A stretch of 64,000 bases of DNA, taken from positions 4,715 through 68,714 of the forward strand of contig AZYB01000001.1 of assembly GCA_000513055.1 (NCBI GenBank). The letters run 5' to 3'. The translations under genes and the position numbers were made by a program. Below the pieces are notes generated by a model that was not told the origin of the DNA, made no database searches, and was given only the letters and a program-made list of their open reading frames with translations. The stretch is from an alpha proteobacterium SCGC AAA288-N07. Its GTDB lineage: Bacteria > Pseudomonadota > Alphaproteobacteria > Pelagibacterales > Pelagibacteraceae. Shown one piece after another: positions 38,291 through 47,729 of this stretch (the first letter of the stretch is position 1; each line of letters opens with the position of its first letter).

Positions 38291-39169
38291 ATGAGTTGCA
38301 AAGTTTCTTTTATTGGTCTTGGTGTAATGGGTTACCCTATGGCTGGATATATATCAAAGGCTGGTCATAATGTAACTGTATTTAATAGAACTAAATCAAA
38401 AGCTGAAAAATGGCTTAAAACATACTCTGGTAAATTGTCAGAAACTCCTGCTGAAGCTGTAAAAGATTCTGATTTTGTATTTACATGTGTGGGAAATGAC
38501 AATGATTTAAAAGAAGTAACTTTTGGAAAGAATGGAATATTTAAAACGATAAAAAAACGATCTGTTTACATAGACAACACAACTGCTTCTGCTTCGATTG
38601 CACGCGAAATTTATTCTTACGCAAAAAAAAACAGTTTTGGTTTTTTAGATGCCCCAGTTTCAGGAGGACAAGCTGGAGCAGAAAATGGTTCTTTAACAGT
38701 AATGATCGGTGGTGATCAAAAAGATTATGATAAAGCAAACCCAATTATTGGTTGTTATAGTAAAAAAATTAAATTATTAGGCAAAGCTGGAAGTGGTCAA
38801 CTTGCTAAAATGGTAAATCAAATTTGTATAGCTGGATTGGTTCAGGGTTTATCAGAAGGCATAAATTTTGGAATTAATGCTGGCTTGAATATGGAAGATG
38901 TAATTGAAGTTATTTCAAAAGGTGCAGCCCAATCATGGCAGATGGAAAATAGATATAAAACTATGATTGAAGATAAATTTGATTTTGGATTTGCTGTTAA
39001 TTGGATGCGAAAAGATTTGAAGTTTGCACTAGAAGAAGCAAAAAAAAATAATTCATTGTTGCCAGTAACTGAAATTATAGATAAATATTATGGTGACATT
39101 CAAAAAATGGGTGGCGAACGCTGGGACACCTCTAGTTTAATCAAACGATTAAGGAAACAATTAAAATGA
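38291..39169 (+). CDS. NAD(P)-dependent 3-hydroxyisobutyrate/6-phosphogluconate dehydrogenase-like oxidoreductase
   Basis: 292 aa. N-terminal Rossmann motif FIGLGVMGYPMAG and the DAPVSGG motif of the HIBADH family. Confidence 0.8.
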   Translation: MSCKVSFIGLGVMGYPMAGYISKAGHNVTVFNRTKSKAEKWLKTYSGKLSETPAEAVKDSDFVFTCVGNDNDLKEVTFGKNGIFKTIKKRSVYIDNTTASASIAREIYSYAKKNSFGFLDAPVSGGQAGAENGSLTVMIGGDQKDYDKANPIIGCYSKKIKLLGKAGSGQLAKMVNQICIAGLVQGLSEGINFGINAGLNMEDVIEVISKGAAQSWQMENRYKTMIEDKFDFGFAVNWMRKDLKFALEEAKKNNSLLPVTEIIDKYYGDIQKMGGERWDTSSLIKRLRKQLK

Positions 39170-39720
39170 CACTAACAAAAACGCCTATCTGTAATTTTGG
39201 AGAAAAAGCAAAAGATTTTAATTTGTTATCTGTTGAAAATAAAAAAATATCTCTAGGTGAAGTTAAAGGAGAAAATGGCACTTTAATTATGTTTATTTGC
39301 AATCACTGTCCTTACGTAAAAGCTGTAATTAAAGAAATCGTTCAAGATGCAAAATTTTTAGAAAACCAAGGTATAAAATTTTCAGCTATAATGTCTAATG
39401 ATGTAAAAAACTATCCAGAAGATTCTTTCGAAAACATGATATCATTTTCAAAACTGCATAATTTTTCCTTTCCTTATCTGATTGATAAATCACAACAAGT
39501 AGCTAAAAATTATGGCGCAGTATGTACACCAGATTTTTTCGGTTATAATAATAATCTAGAACTACAATACAGAGGTAGAATTAGAGAATTAAAAGATCAT
39601 AAACCCGTTAGTACAGGAGATAGTGAACTAAGAATTGCTATGAAATTAATAGCTACCTCTGGAAAAGGTCCTGCCAAACAAACTCCGAGTATGGGTTGTA
39701 ATATTAAATGGTTTGATTAA
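39166..39720 (+). CDS. thioredoxin-fold (AhpC/TSA-like) protein with a CxxC motif
   Basis: 184 aa. MFICNHCPYV (C-N-H-C) in a redoxin-like context. Overlaps the upstream gene by 4 nt. Confidence 0.7.
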   Translation: MTLTKTPICNFGEKAKDFNLLSVENKKISLGEVKGENGTLIMFICNHCPYVKAVIKEIVQDAKFLENQGIKFSAIMSNDVKNYPEDSFENMISFSKLHNFSFPYLIDKSQQVAKNYGAVCTPDFFGYNNNLELQYRGRIRELKDHKPVSTGDSELRIAMKLIATSGKGPAKQTPSMGCNIKWFD

Positions 39721-40817
39721 TGTTTTTGGTTAATACCAGAAATTTTCCTCCCGAATTAGGTGGAATGCAAGCATTGATGGGAGGATTGTCTGTGGCTTTA
39801 TTAAATTACGGTCCAGTTAAAATTTTCGCAGAAAAACATAAAAATTCTGATGCCCACGATAAAGAATTTAAATACGATATCACCAGAGTATCTGGAATAA
39901 AATTATTCAGAAAATTCAGAAAAGCTAATTTAGTAAATAATTATTTAAAAGAGAATCGATCTATCAAAGCTCTGATTGGCGATCATTGGAAAAGTTTAGA
40001 ATATATAAATAAAAAAAATTTGTTAAATAAGAAGACTCTTTGCTTAATCCATTCCAAAGAAATAAATCATCCTATAAATTCACGATTAAACAAAAGAATG
40101 ATAGAATGTTTCTCAAAAGCAGATTTTATAATATCTAATTCAAATTTTACAAAAAGATTGGCAGAAAAGAATGGAATTGATGTGAATAAAATTAAAGTTA
40201 TTCACCCAGGAGTAAATTATTGCGAAGAACCTGGTGAAGAAAATATAAAAGCTGCTCAAAATTTATTAAAAGATTCATTTCCATGTTTAATTACAGTGGC
40301 TAGATTTGATAAAAGGAAAGGCCACGATAAAACTATTATGGCAGTAAAAAATCTTAAAGAAAAATTTCCTAAAATAAAATATGTTTGTGTAGGATATGGA
40401 GATGAAGAAAAAAATTTAAAAAAATTAGTCCATGAATTAAACTTAGACAAAATTGTTATTTTTATGAAAAATGTAAATTCTGATCTTAAATCAGCTTTAG
40501 TAAAGAAATCTCACTTATTTATTATGCCTTCAATTATTTATAAAAAATCAGTAGAAGGATTTGGCATAACATTTATTGAAGCTGGCCAACATGGAATTCC
40601 GTCGATCGGTGGCAAAGATGGTGGTGCATCAGATGCAATCATTCACAATAAAACCGGCTTAATTTGTAACGGTAATGAACTTGATTCAATTTATCAAAGT
40701 ATAAAAAATATTTTTGAAGAAAATAAATATTTAACACTTGGAAAAAATGCCAAAGAATTTTCAAAGCAATTTGAATGGAGTAATATTATAAAAAAATATA
40801 TTGAACTTTTAGACTAA
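39720..40817 (+). CDS. glycosyltransferase, GT4 (GT-B fold) family
   Basis: 365 aa. C-terminal EGFGITFIEAGQHGIPSIG (E-x7-E type motif). Confidence 0.8.
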   Translation: MFLVNTRNFPPELGGMQALMGGLSVALLNYGPVKIFAEKHKNSDAHDKEFKYDITRVSGIKLFRKFRKANLVNNYLKENRSIKALIGDHWKSLEYINKKNLLNKKTLCLIHSKEINHPINSRLNKRMIECFSKADFIISNSNFTKRLAEKNGIDVNKIKVIHPGVNYCEEPGEENIKAAQNLLKDSFPCLITVARFDKRKGHDKTIMAVKNLKEKFPKIKYVCVGYGDEEKNLKKLVHELNLDKIVIFMKNVNSDLKSALVKKSHLFIMPSIIYKKSVEGFGITFIEAGQHGIPSIGGKDGGASDAIIHNKTGLICNGNELDSIYQSIKNIFEENKYLTLGKNAKEFSKQFEWSNIIKKYIELLD

Positions 40818-41744
40818 TGATATTTCTTTAGAAATATTTGAATAAACTTCTTTAGCTGATAATTCTTTTAAATTTTCTTTAACTATTGCTTTAAATTTAT
40901 TTGTTTCTATACTGACTTTTTTTGGTGTTGTATGGTACCCAAATAAAGTTACTCCTTTTGCTCCCAAATGAGCTGCCATGTGAGCAGGGCCTGTATCATT
41001 TGAAATAATAAACTGAGCATTGTGTATTAAACCTGCTAACTGAGTTATTGTTAACGCTTTATTATTTTTAAGTATTACTTGAGCATTTATTTTTTTCGAT
41101 TCTTCTATTTCACTAGGACTTGGTGCAATAACTAGTTCAAATTCTGGATTATTCTTTTTAATTAGTAAAATTAAATCATTGTAGTATGGCCATTTTTTAT
41201 GCGGTAAACTTATAGAGCAGAAAGGGAATAGTAAAATATATTTTTTTAAACGATATTTTTTTTTTAGGTCATCTATGTTTTCACAAGCCCAAGAAAAATT
41301 AGGCTTCAGTGTATGTTTAGTAATAATGTTGGAATTAGATAATTGAAAATTAAATCTCTCTAATACTGGGTCATTGTCAAAATCTTTTTTACTAGTACCT
41401 GGGGGTAGTGTTGTTCCTGTACTGGACCATTTTATTTTATTGAACAAGAACTTTCTGTAAAATGATGTTCTCGATGAATTTTGTAGATCAAATATTTTTG
41501 CTAATTCAAGTTTGGATATCATTTTTTTTAATTTTAACAAATAAAATAAGTTCAAACGCGAAAATCTTGGATCAATATAAACTTCATCGATGTATGGACA
41601 TTTGTGAAATAATTCTTCATAAAGAGAAGCTGTAAGTATAATTATTTTATCACTAGAATGATTTTCTTTTATATCTTGAATTGCACCACTAATTTGAGCT
41701 ATATCTCCAAGAGAACCGTGTTTTATGATCAATATATTTGACAT
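40809..41744 (-). CDS. glycosyltransferase family 9 (heptosyltransferase-like)
   Basis: 311 aa. N-terminal ILIIKHGSLGDI and C-terminal SNDTGPAHMAA motifs typical of GT9 LPS core enzymes. Confidence 0.8.
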   Translation of the reverse strand: MSNILIIKHGSLGDIAQISGAIQDIKENHSSDKIIILTASLYEELFHKCPYIDEVYIDPRFSRLNLFYLLKLKKMISKLELAKIFDLQNSSRTSFYRKFLFNKIKWSSTGTTLPPGTSKKDFDNDPVLERFNFQLSNSNIITKHTLKPNFSWACENIDDLKKKYRLKKYILLFPFCSISLPHKKWPYYNDLILLIKKNNPEFELVIAPSPSEIEESKKINAQVILKNNKALTITQLAGLIHNAQFIISNDTGPAHMAAHLGAKGVTLFGYHTTPKKVSIETNKFKAIVKENLKELSAKEVYSNISKEISLV

Positions 41745-41785
41745 TAAAATTTATCAAATAATCTTATATCACTTATATTTATAAA

Positions 41786-42175
41786 ATGAGAAAAATTCTG
41801 ATTGAAATATCTGCGGGTGAATTATTGGATAAACTTACTATTTTAGAAATAAAGTTAAAAGAAATAAAAAATCCAAGTTTATTGCAAGAAATAAAAAAAG
41901 AATACAACACATTAAATGAAACAAAAGTTAATAATATTAATTCCACAAATGAATTAGATGCCCTTTATAAAAGTTTAAAAGAAACAAATGAAAAATTATG
42001 GAAAATTGAAAATAAAAAAAGATTATGTGAAAAGAATTCTGATTTTAATGATAAATTTATTCAATTAGCTAGAGATGTATATATTGAGAATGATAAAAGA
42101 TCCAAAATAAAGTTAGAAATAAATAAAATCCTAGGCTCAAATATTAAAGAAATTAAGCAATATACCAAATATTAA
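41786..42175 (+). CDS. conserved hypothetical protein (helical, Lys/Glu-rich)
   Basis: 129-aa ORF. The N-terminal GELLDKLTILEIKL pattern recalls small uncharacterised proteins found beside LPS core genes. No function assigned. Confidence 0.5.
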   Translation: MRKILIEISAGELLDKLTILEIKLKEIKNPSLLQEIKKEYNTLNETKVNNINSTNELDALYKSLKETNEKLWKIENKKRLCEKNSDFNDKFIQLARDVYIENDKRSKIKLEINKILGSNIKEIKQYTKY

Positions 42176-42202
42176 TCTACAATATAGACTTTCAACATAT
42201 TT

Positions 42203-42874
42203 CTATTTTGAATAATCGAATTTTTTTTCTAAAATTTTTATAAAATTATGAATGATAAAGGTCATTAATAAGTAAATACTTCCTGCAACAATAAATACTT
42301 CTATCGGTCTAAAAGTTGTTGATATTATATGTTTTGCTACTCCAGTAAGATCAAGAAGAGTTACTGTGCTTGCTAAAGAAGTTCCTTTCAACATTAAAAT
42401 CATTTCATTTCCATAAGCTGGTAAAGATTGTTTGATTGCTATGGGAAGTTTGATTTTAAAAAAGGTATGTATCTTGTTTAATCCAAGACCTTCGGCTGCT
42501 TCCAAAATACCTTTTTGAATTGTTTCAAATGCCGATCTAAAAATTTCAGACGTGTAAGCTCCTGTGTTTAAAGTGAAAGCAATAATGGCACATGAATATG
42601 GTTCTTTAAAAATTACCCAAAGAAATGATTCTCTTAACCATTCTACCTGACCAAGACCAAAATATATTATAAATATTTGAACTAGTAGTGGTGTTCCTCT
42701 AAAAATGTAGGAATAGTAATAAGATATAAAGTAAAGAATTTTAACTTTACTAGTTCTCAAAACTGCAAAAAAGGCACCAACAAAAACACCAAAAAGTAAA
42801 GATAACAAAGTTAACTCAATTGTTAAAATTGTAGCATTAAGTAATCTTGGAAAGCTTTCTATCATTAAATCCAT
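42203..42874 (-). CDS. polar amino-acid ABC transporter permease (His/Glu/Gln/Arg/opine family)
   Basis: 223 aa. EAA loop (LEAAEGLGLNKIHTFFKIKLP) and N-terminal family motif. Confidence 0.85.
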   Translation of the reverse strand: MDLMIESFPRLLNATILTIELTLLSLLFGVFVGAFFAVLRTSKVKILYFISYYYSYIFRGTPLLVQIFIIYFGLGQVEWLRESFLWVIFKEPYSCAIIAFTLNTGAYTSEIFRSAFETIQKGILEAAEGLGLNKIHTFFKIKLPIAIKQSLPAYGNEMILMLKGTSLASTVTLLDLTGVAKHIISTTFRPIEVFIVAGSIYLLMTFIIHNFIKILEKKFDYSK

Positions 42875-43567
42875 TTAATACCCCTTGCTATAATGTTTTT
42901 CTAAATTGTTAAATAATTTCAAGCTTAGAAAAGTTAGAAATAAATATAAAACCGCTGCAAAAGAATAAAAAAACAAAGGATCTCTTGTAGATCCTGCGGC
43001 AATGTAAGACTGTCTCATAATCTCAACAAGTCCGGTAACTGATATTAATGAAGTATCTTTTAAAGTGATTTGCCAAACGTTACTTATATTGGGCAAAGCC
43101 AATCTCAACATCTGGGGAATTATTACTTTGTAATAGTAAATTTTTTTTTTTAAACCTAAAACTTCTGATGCTTCAAATTGACCTTTATTTATAGCTTGAA
43201 CTGCACCACGAAATACTTCTGTAGAATAAGCTCCAGAAATAATGCCTATCGATAACGCTCCTGTCAAAAAAGCATTGACCTCAATATAGCCATCATAACC
43301 AAATATTTTGGCTACGTACATTACTGCACCACTACTTCCAAAGAAAAATAAATAAATTACTAAAAGTTCAGGAACTCCCCTAAAAACAGTTGTATAAAAA
43401 CTTCCAATTAAATTTAGCGTTCTAATATTTGATAATTTAAATGAGGTAAAAATTGCTGCTAATAAAAAACCAATAAAAATTGCCGTTAGTGCAACGGCTA
43501 TTGTCATTAAGGTTGCAAAAAAAAGTTCGTCTCCCCAACCAGTATCACCGTAAGCTAAAAGTCCCAT
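42875..43567 (-). CDS. polar amino-acid ABC transporter permease (His/Glu/Gln/Arg/opine family)
   Basis: 230 aa. EAA-type loop (FEASEVLGLKKKIYYYKVIIPQ). Directly abuts the next permease gene. Confidence 0.85.
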   Translation of the reverse strand: MGLLAYGDTGWGDELFFATLMTIAVALTAIFIGFLLAAIFTSFKLSNIRTLNLIGSFYTTVFRGVPELLVIYLFFFGSSGAVMYVAKIFGYDGYIEVNAFLTGALSIGIISGAYSTEVFRGAVQAINKGQFEASEVLGLKKKIYYYKVIIPQMLRLALPNISNVWQITLKDTSLISVTGLVEIMRQSYIAAGSTRDPLFFYSFAAVLYLFLTFLSLKLFNNLEKHYSKGY

Positions 43568-43573
43568 ATATTT

Positions 43574-43604
43574 TAAGGCGATAGATTAAATATCCACCGC
43601 CTTA
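43574..43604 (-). promoter_or_regulatory. inter-cistronic stem-loop between binding-protein and permease genes
   Basis: Perfect 7-bp inverted repeat TAAGGCG (43574-43580) / CGCCTTA (43598-43604) with a 17-nt loop. No U-tract follows, so it is not a classical terminator. Confidence 0.3.
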
Positions 43605-43616
43605 AAAATAAATTTA

Positions 43617-44471
43617 TTACATTGAAGCGTCAAAGCCAAAATGTTTAATCGCAAGCTCGCTTATAATTCCTTGTTTTCTTGCTTTATCAATTGCTTTGTT
43701 AAAATCTTTGAGAAGTTTAACATCTCTTTTGCCGATAGCTCCATCACCAGCTTGTCTTATTCCAACTCCAACTCCATTACCAAAAGCTCCACCTGAAAAA
43801 GTTGGACCAACTAGCACAACTGATTTTCCAGATTTTTCAGCATAATCAGTAAAAGCAACTGCTGCTGCTAAAGCAGCATCACATCTACCTGCCGCTAAAT
43901 CTAAATTAACTTCATCTTGTGTTTTGTAAGTTCTAACATTTACTTTACCTACGTCACCCGACTCTAAAAAGTTTTGGTGAATAGTTGCTGTTTGAACACA
44001 TACAGTTTTTCCAGCAAGAGCAGCGGTTATAGTTGTTAAAGCTTTTTTAACATCGGCTCCACCTATTGATAAATTAACACCTTCAGGTGTATCCATGCTT
44101 CCTAAACCAGATCCCTTCATAACTGCAAGTGAAGCAACTTCATCTGCATAACCTTGAGAAAAAGTAATTGTTTTTTGTCTTTCAGCAGTAATTGACATTC
44201 CTGCCATAATCGCATCAAACTTTCTCATTAAAAGAGCTGGGATCATTCCATCCCAATCTTGTTCAACGATGGTACACTCGCGACCCATGATTGTACAAAG
44301 CTCTTTAGCCAAATCAACTTCAAATCCAATAAGATTACCCGAAGCATCTTTAGCATTCCATGGTGGATATGCACCCTCTGTTCCTATTTTTATTTTATCA
44401 GCTATTGCACTTGTACTTAACAAAAGTACTGAGGCTATTGCAGATAAAAAAATTTTCTTAAATTTACTCAT
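43617..44471 (-). CDS. periplasmic polar amino-acid/opine-binding protein (SBP family 3)
   Basis: 284 aa. Signal peptide (LLLSTSAIA-DK), then GTEGAYPPW and GFEVDLAKELC motifs of the HisJ/ArgT/OccT type. Strong GAGGAGGGG Shine-Dalgarno just upstream. Confidence 0.85.
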   Translation of the reverse strand: MSKFKKIFLSAIASVLLLSTSAIADKIKIGTEGAYPPWNAKDASGNLIGFEVDLAKELCTIMGRECTIVEQDWDGMIPALLMRKFDAIMAGMSITAERQKTITFSQGYADEVASLAVMKGSGLGSMDTPEGVNLSIGGADVKKALTTITAALAGKTVCVQTATIHQNFLESGDVGKVNVRTYKTQDEVNLDLAAGRCDAALAAAVAFTDYAEKSGKSVVLVGPTFSGGAFGNGVGVGIRQAGDGAIGKRDVKLLKDFNKAIDKARKQGIISELAIKHFGFDASM

Positions 44472-44554
44472 TTACCCCTCCTCATTAATTAACAATAGTA
44501 GAATTAAAAAAAAGATTATTCCAGAAAAATTAATACGTGAAATAGTTGAATTAT

Positions 44555-45598
44555 TTAAGAATTCATAATAGAAGAAGCGAAATTCCAGCGACAATCAAAG
44601 CTTGGTATTACCGCTTCATCCAATTTAGAATTACCAAAATTCTGCGAAAGTATTTTTAACCAATTATTTACTTGTTTAGGTTTTTTAGACAGAGAACCAA
44701 CTTGAACAGTAATAACTCCATTTGATTTTAAAATTCTCTTCAAACCTTTCATATTTTTTTCAGCTAAATCTATACAGTATTGGTCATCGTTAAGGTCTAC
44801 AAAAATTTTGTCATATTTTGAATCTTTAACTTTTTTAATACTCTCAAAAGCATCTCCCCAATAACATTTTACATTATTATTTGCTTTTATTTCACCGCAA
44901 ATTTTTGGAAGGTGTGTTTGACAAGCTTTTACTACTTCGGGATCTAGCTCGTACCAATCAATCAAATCAAACCCTTTTGATAAACACTCTCTTGCAACGC
45001 CACCGTCTCCACCACCAATTATTGCTGCACTAGAATTATCTTTGGATAAACTAAGAGCTGAATTTACGAATTGCCCGCTATACTTTTTTTCATCTTTTTC
45101 TGCAACTTGTAATTCACTATCAATAAAAAGAGCGTTGCCAAATTCTTCAAGTTTTAAAATTTCTATATGTTGACCAACTTTTGAAATAAAATTCTCTAGA
45201 ACATCATCTACAACATAATATTTTTTATGTCCTGGTGTACTGTATATATCTTCATATATACCCTTGTTACTTCTATCAAAATTTCTGATTACTGCTCTTT
45301 CATGTTTAATTTCTTTTTTTAAAATGTCCAGTGCAGCTGTTGGAGAAATTTTTGCGCAGGTAAAAAAATCAAAACTAATTATTCCTTTTTCTGGAAAAGT
45401 GTGAAAACTCATATGACTTTCCGCTAAAAGAGCAACGCATGTAAATCCGTGTGGTTTAAATTTATGTTCAGCAATATTAAGAATATTGACTTTGGCTTTT
45501 TTAGCAATTTTGTCGATAATCTTTTTGTAAAAATCAGGGGTATAATCCTGTTTTACGCCTAAAAAATCTATTGTTACGTGTTCTCCAACTTTTTTCAT
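44555..45598 (-). CDS. fusion protein: pyruvoyl-dependent S-adenosylmethionine decarboxylase (SpeH-type) + spermidine synthase-like aminopropyltransferase
   Basis: 347 aa. The N-terminal ~115 aa carry the AdoMetDC self-processing motif LLAESHMSFHTFPE. The C-terminal ~220 aa carry IIGGGDGGVARE plus the D..ELDP layout of spermidine synthases. Confidence 0.75.
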   Translation of the reverse strand: MKKVGEHVTIDFLGVKQDYTPDFYKKIIDKIAKKAKVNILNIAEHKFKPHGFTCVALLAESHMSFHTFPEKGIISFDFFTCAKISPTAALDILKKEIKHERAVIRNFDRSNKGIYEDIYSTPGHKKYYVVDDVLENFISKVGQHIEILKLEEFGNALFIDSELQVAEKDEKKYSGQFVNSALSLSKDNSSAAIIGGGDGGVARECLSKGFDLIDWYELDPEVVKACQTHLPKICGEIKANNNVKCYWGDAFESIKKVKDSKYDKIFVDLNDDQYCIDLAEKNMKGLKRILKSNGVITVQVGSLSKKPKQVNNWLKILSQNFGNSKLDEAVIPSFDCRWNFASSIMNS

Positions 45599-45695
45599 AA
45601 TATTTTACGAATCGATATTTATTATTTTAAACTAATCAAATTTTTTACTTCTTTCAAATAAAAAACTGCTATAAATATTTCCGACGGAGTAAATT

Positions 45696-47729
45696 TTGAA
45701 AAACGATTGGTCGAATAGCGAAGCAATAAAATTTATAAAAAAATATAAAAATCTTGGTTTTTCCAAAGATATAGCTTTGCGCATATATACAAGCCGGTTA
45801 TTGGGAAAAAATAAAGAATTGGTGTTACATGGTGGAGGAAATACTTCTGTTAAAACGAGAATCAAAGATATAGATGGGGAAAAATACGAAGTTTTGTGTG
45901 TAAAGGGTAGCGGTTGGGATATGGCAGATATTGAACCTGAAGGTTTACCTGCTGTCAAGCTAGAACCATTATTAGCTATGAAAAAGAAAAAATACCTATC
46001 TGATGAAGATATGGTCAATTTCCAAAAAAGAAACTTGATTAATATTAAATCACCAAATCCATCTGTTGAAACATTTTTACATGCTTTTTTACCATTTAAA
46101 TATGTAGACCATACTCACTCTAATGCAATCTTAAATTTAACTAATAGACCAGGGGGACTAACTTTTTGCAAAAAAATATTTTCAAATAAAGTTAGTATAG
46201 TTCCATATGTAATGCCTGGTTTTATTCTGGCCAAAAAAATAAATGAGATTTATTTAAAAAATTCAAACATTAACTGTTTAATATTAATGAACCATGGAAT
46301 CTTTACTTTTAGTGATGATGCCAAAGATGCTTATGATTTAATGATAAAATATGTATCATTGGCTGAAAGGACTATTAAGAAACTTAAAGTTAAAAAAATT
46401 AAACAAATAAAAAGTTTTTACACAAAATTTGATGCTCATGAAATTGCTCCTATTATAAGAGGTCTTTTGTCTAATAGTAAAGATCAAAAATTTGTAGTTA
46501 ATTATAGATTAAACAAAACTTTAAAATATTTTATGAATGGAAAAAATGTAAGATCCTATTCATCAAAAGGAACTGTAACGCCAGATCATGTAATTAGAGT
46601 TAAACCTTTTCCATTAATAATAACTCCAAAGAAAAATTCCTCTATTGATGAATTTAAAACTTCAGCAATAAAAGCTTTTGAAAATTATAGAAAAAAATAC
46701 ATCAATTACTTCAATATTAATAAAAATAAAGTTAAAGGTAAAAAAGTAATGCTAGATACTTCTCCAAGAGTAGTTTTGGTACAAAATGTTGGAGTGTTTA
46801 CTATTGGAAAAGATTTAAATGCTGCAAAAATAGCTGGGGATTTAACTGAAACAAATGCTAAAGTAATAGCTTCAGTTGAAGAAACCTCTACTTATAAATT
46901 CATTCCAGAAAAAGACCTGTTTGATGTAGAATATTGGTCTTTAGAACAAGCAAAAATCAAAAGAAAGAAAAAATTACTTGAAGGAAATGTTGTTGCAATC
47001 ACTGGCAGCACAGGAACCATTGGTTTTGCAACTTATAAGATGTTTAAAAGTCATGGGGCTGAAGTTGTTCTGCTTGATTATAATCTAGAAAGATTAAAAA
47101 ATCTACAATCTAAAATTAAAGATCTTTGTATTCATTGCGATGTAAGAAAAAAAAAAAGCGTTAGAAAAGCTTTTAATCAAATTTGTGAAAAGTATGGAGG
47201 TGTAGATATCTTAATTTTAAATTCAGGAACAGCAACTAATGGGGCTATCGGCGATATAGAAGATAATATATTAAGACAAAGTTTTGAAGATAATTTCTTT
47301 TCTCATCAAAATTGTGCCTCTGAGGCTATTAAAATAATGAAGAAACAAAATATAAATGGTTGTCTGCTTTTTAATATTTCTAAACAATCTGTAAACCCTG
47401 GAAAAAATTTTGGACCTTATGGATTACCTAAATCTGCTTTACTTAGTCTATGTAAACAATACGCAGTAGATTACGGATCGTATGGAATTAGATCTAATGG
47501 AGTCAACGCAGACAGAATAAGGAGTGGTTTAATGACAGATAAAATGATCAAGACTAGAGCAAAAGCAAGATCAGTTAGCACAGATGATTACATGAAAGGA
47601 AATTTATTATTAAACGAAGTTAAGGCAGAAGACGTTGCTAAAGCCTTTTTTCATCTAGCTACTTCAAAAAAAACTACTGGAGCTGTTCTAGCTGTAGATG
47701 GCGGTAATATAGCTGCTTCTTTAAGATAA
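45696..47729 (+). CDS. bifunctional class II aldolase/adducin-domain protein fused to a short-chain dehydrogenase/reductase
   Basis: 677 aa with a TTG start. The N-terminal region (LVLHGGGNTSVK) resembles rhamnulose-1-phosphate aldolase/alcohol dehydrogenase-type fusions. The C-terminal SDR has ITGSTGTIGFA and the catalytic Y-G-L-P-K. Confidence 0.75.
   Translation: MKNDWSNSEAIKFIKKYKNLGFSKDIALRIYTSRLLGKNKELVLHGGGNTSVKTRIKDIDGEKYEVLCVKGSGWDMADIEPEGLPAVKLEPLLAMKKKKYLSDEDMVNFQKRNLINIKSPNPSVETFLHAFLPFKYVDHTHSNAILNLTNRPGGLTFCKKIFSNKVSIVPYVMPGFILAKKINEIYLKNSNINCLILMNHGIFTFSDDAKDAYDLMIKYVSLAERTIKKLKVKKIKQIKSFYTKFDAHEIAPIIRGLLSNSKDQKFVVNYRLNKTLKYFMNGKNVRSYSSKGTVTPDHVIRVKPFPLIITPKKNSSIDEFKTSAIKAFENYRKKYINYFNINKNKVKGKKVMLDTSPRVVLVQNVGVFTIGKDLNAAKIAGDLTETNAKVIASVEETSTYKFIPEKDLFDVEYWSLEQAKIKRKKKLLEGNVVAITGSTGTIGFATYKMFKSHGAEVVLLDYNLERLKNLQSKIKDLCIHCDVRKKKSVRKAFNQICEKYGGVDILILNSGTATNGAIGDIEDNILRQSFEDNFFSHQNCASEAIKIMKKQNINGCLLFNISKQSVNPGKNFGPYGLPKSALLSLCKQYAVDYGSYGIRSNGVNADRIRSGLMTDKMIKTRAKARSVSTDDYMKGNLLLNEVKAEDVAKAFFHLATSKKTTGAVLAVDGGNIAASLR

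Noticed and set aside
45632-46018. 128-aa minus-strand ORF overlapping the start of the aldolase-SDR gene
   Set aside because: It is antisense to a 677-aa gene with clear domain motifs. The product is Ser/Phe-rich and has no recognisable features.
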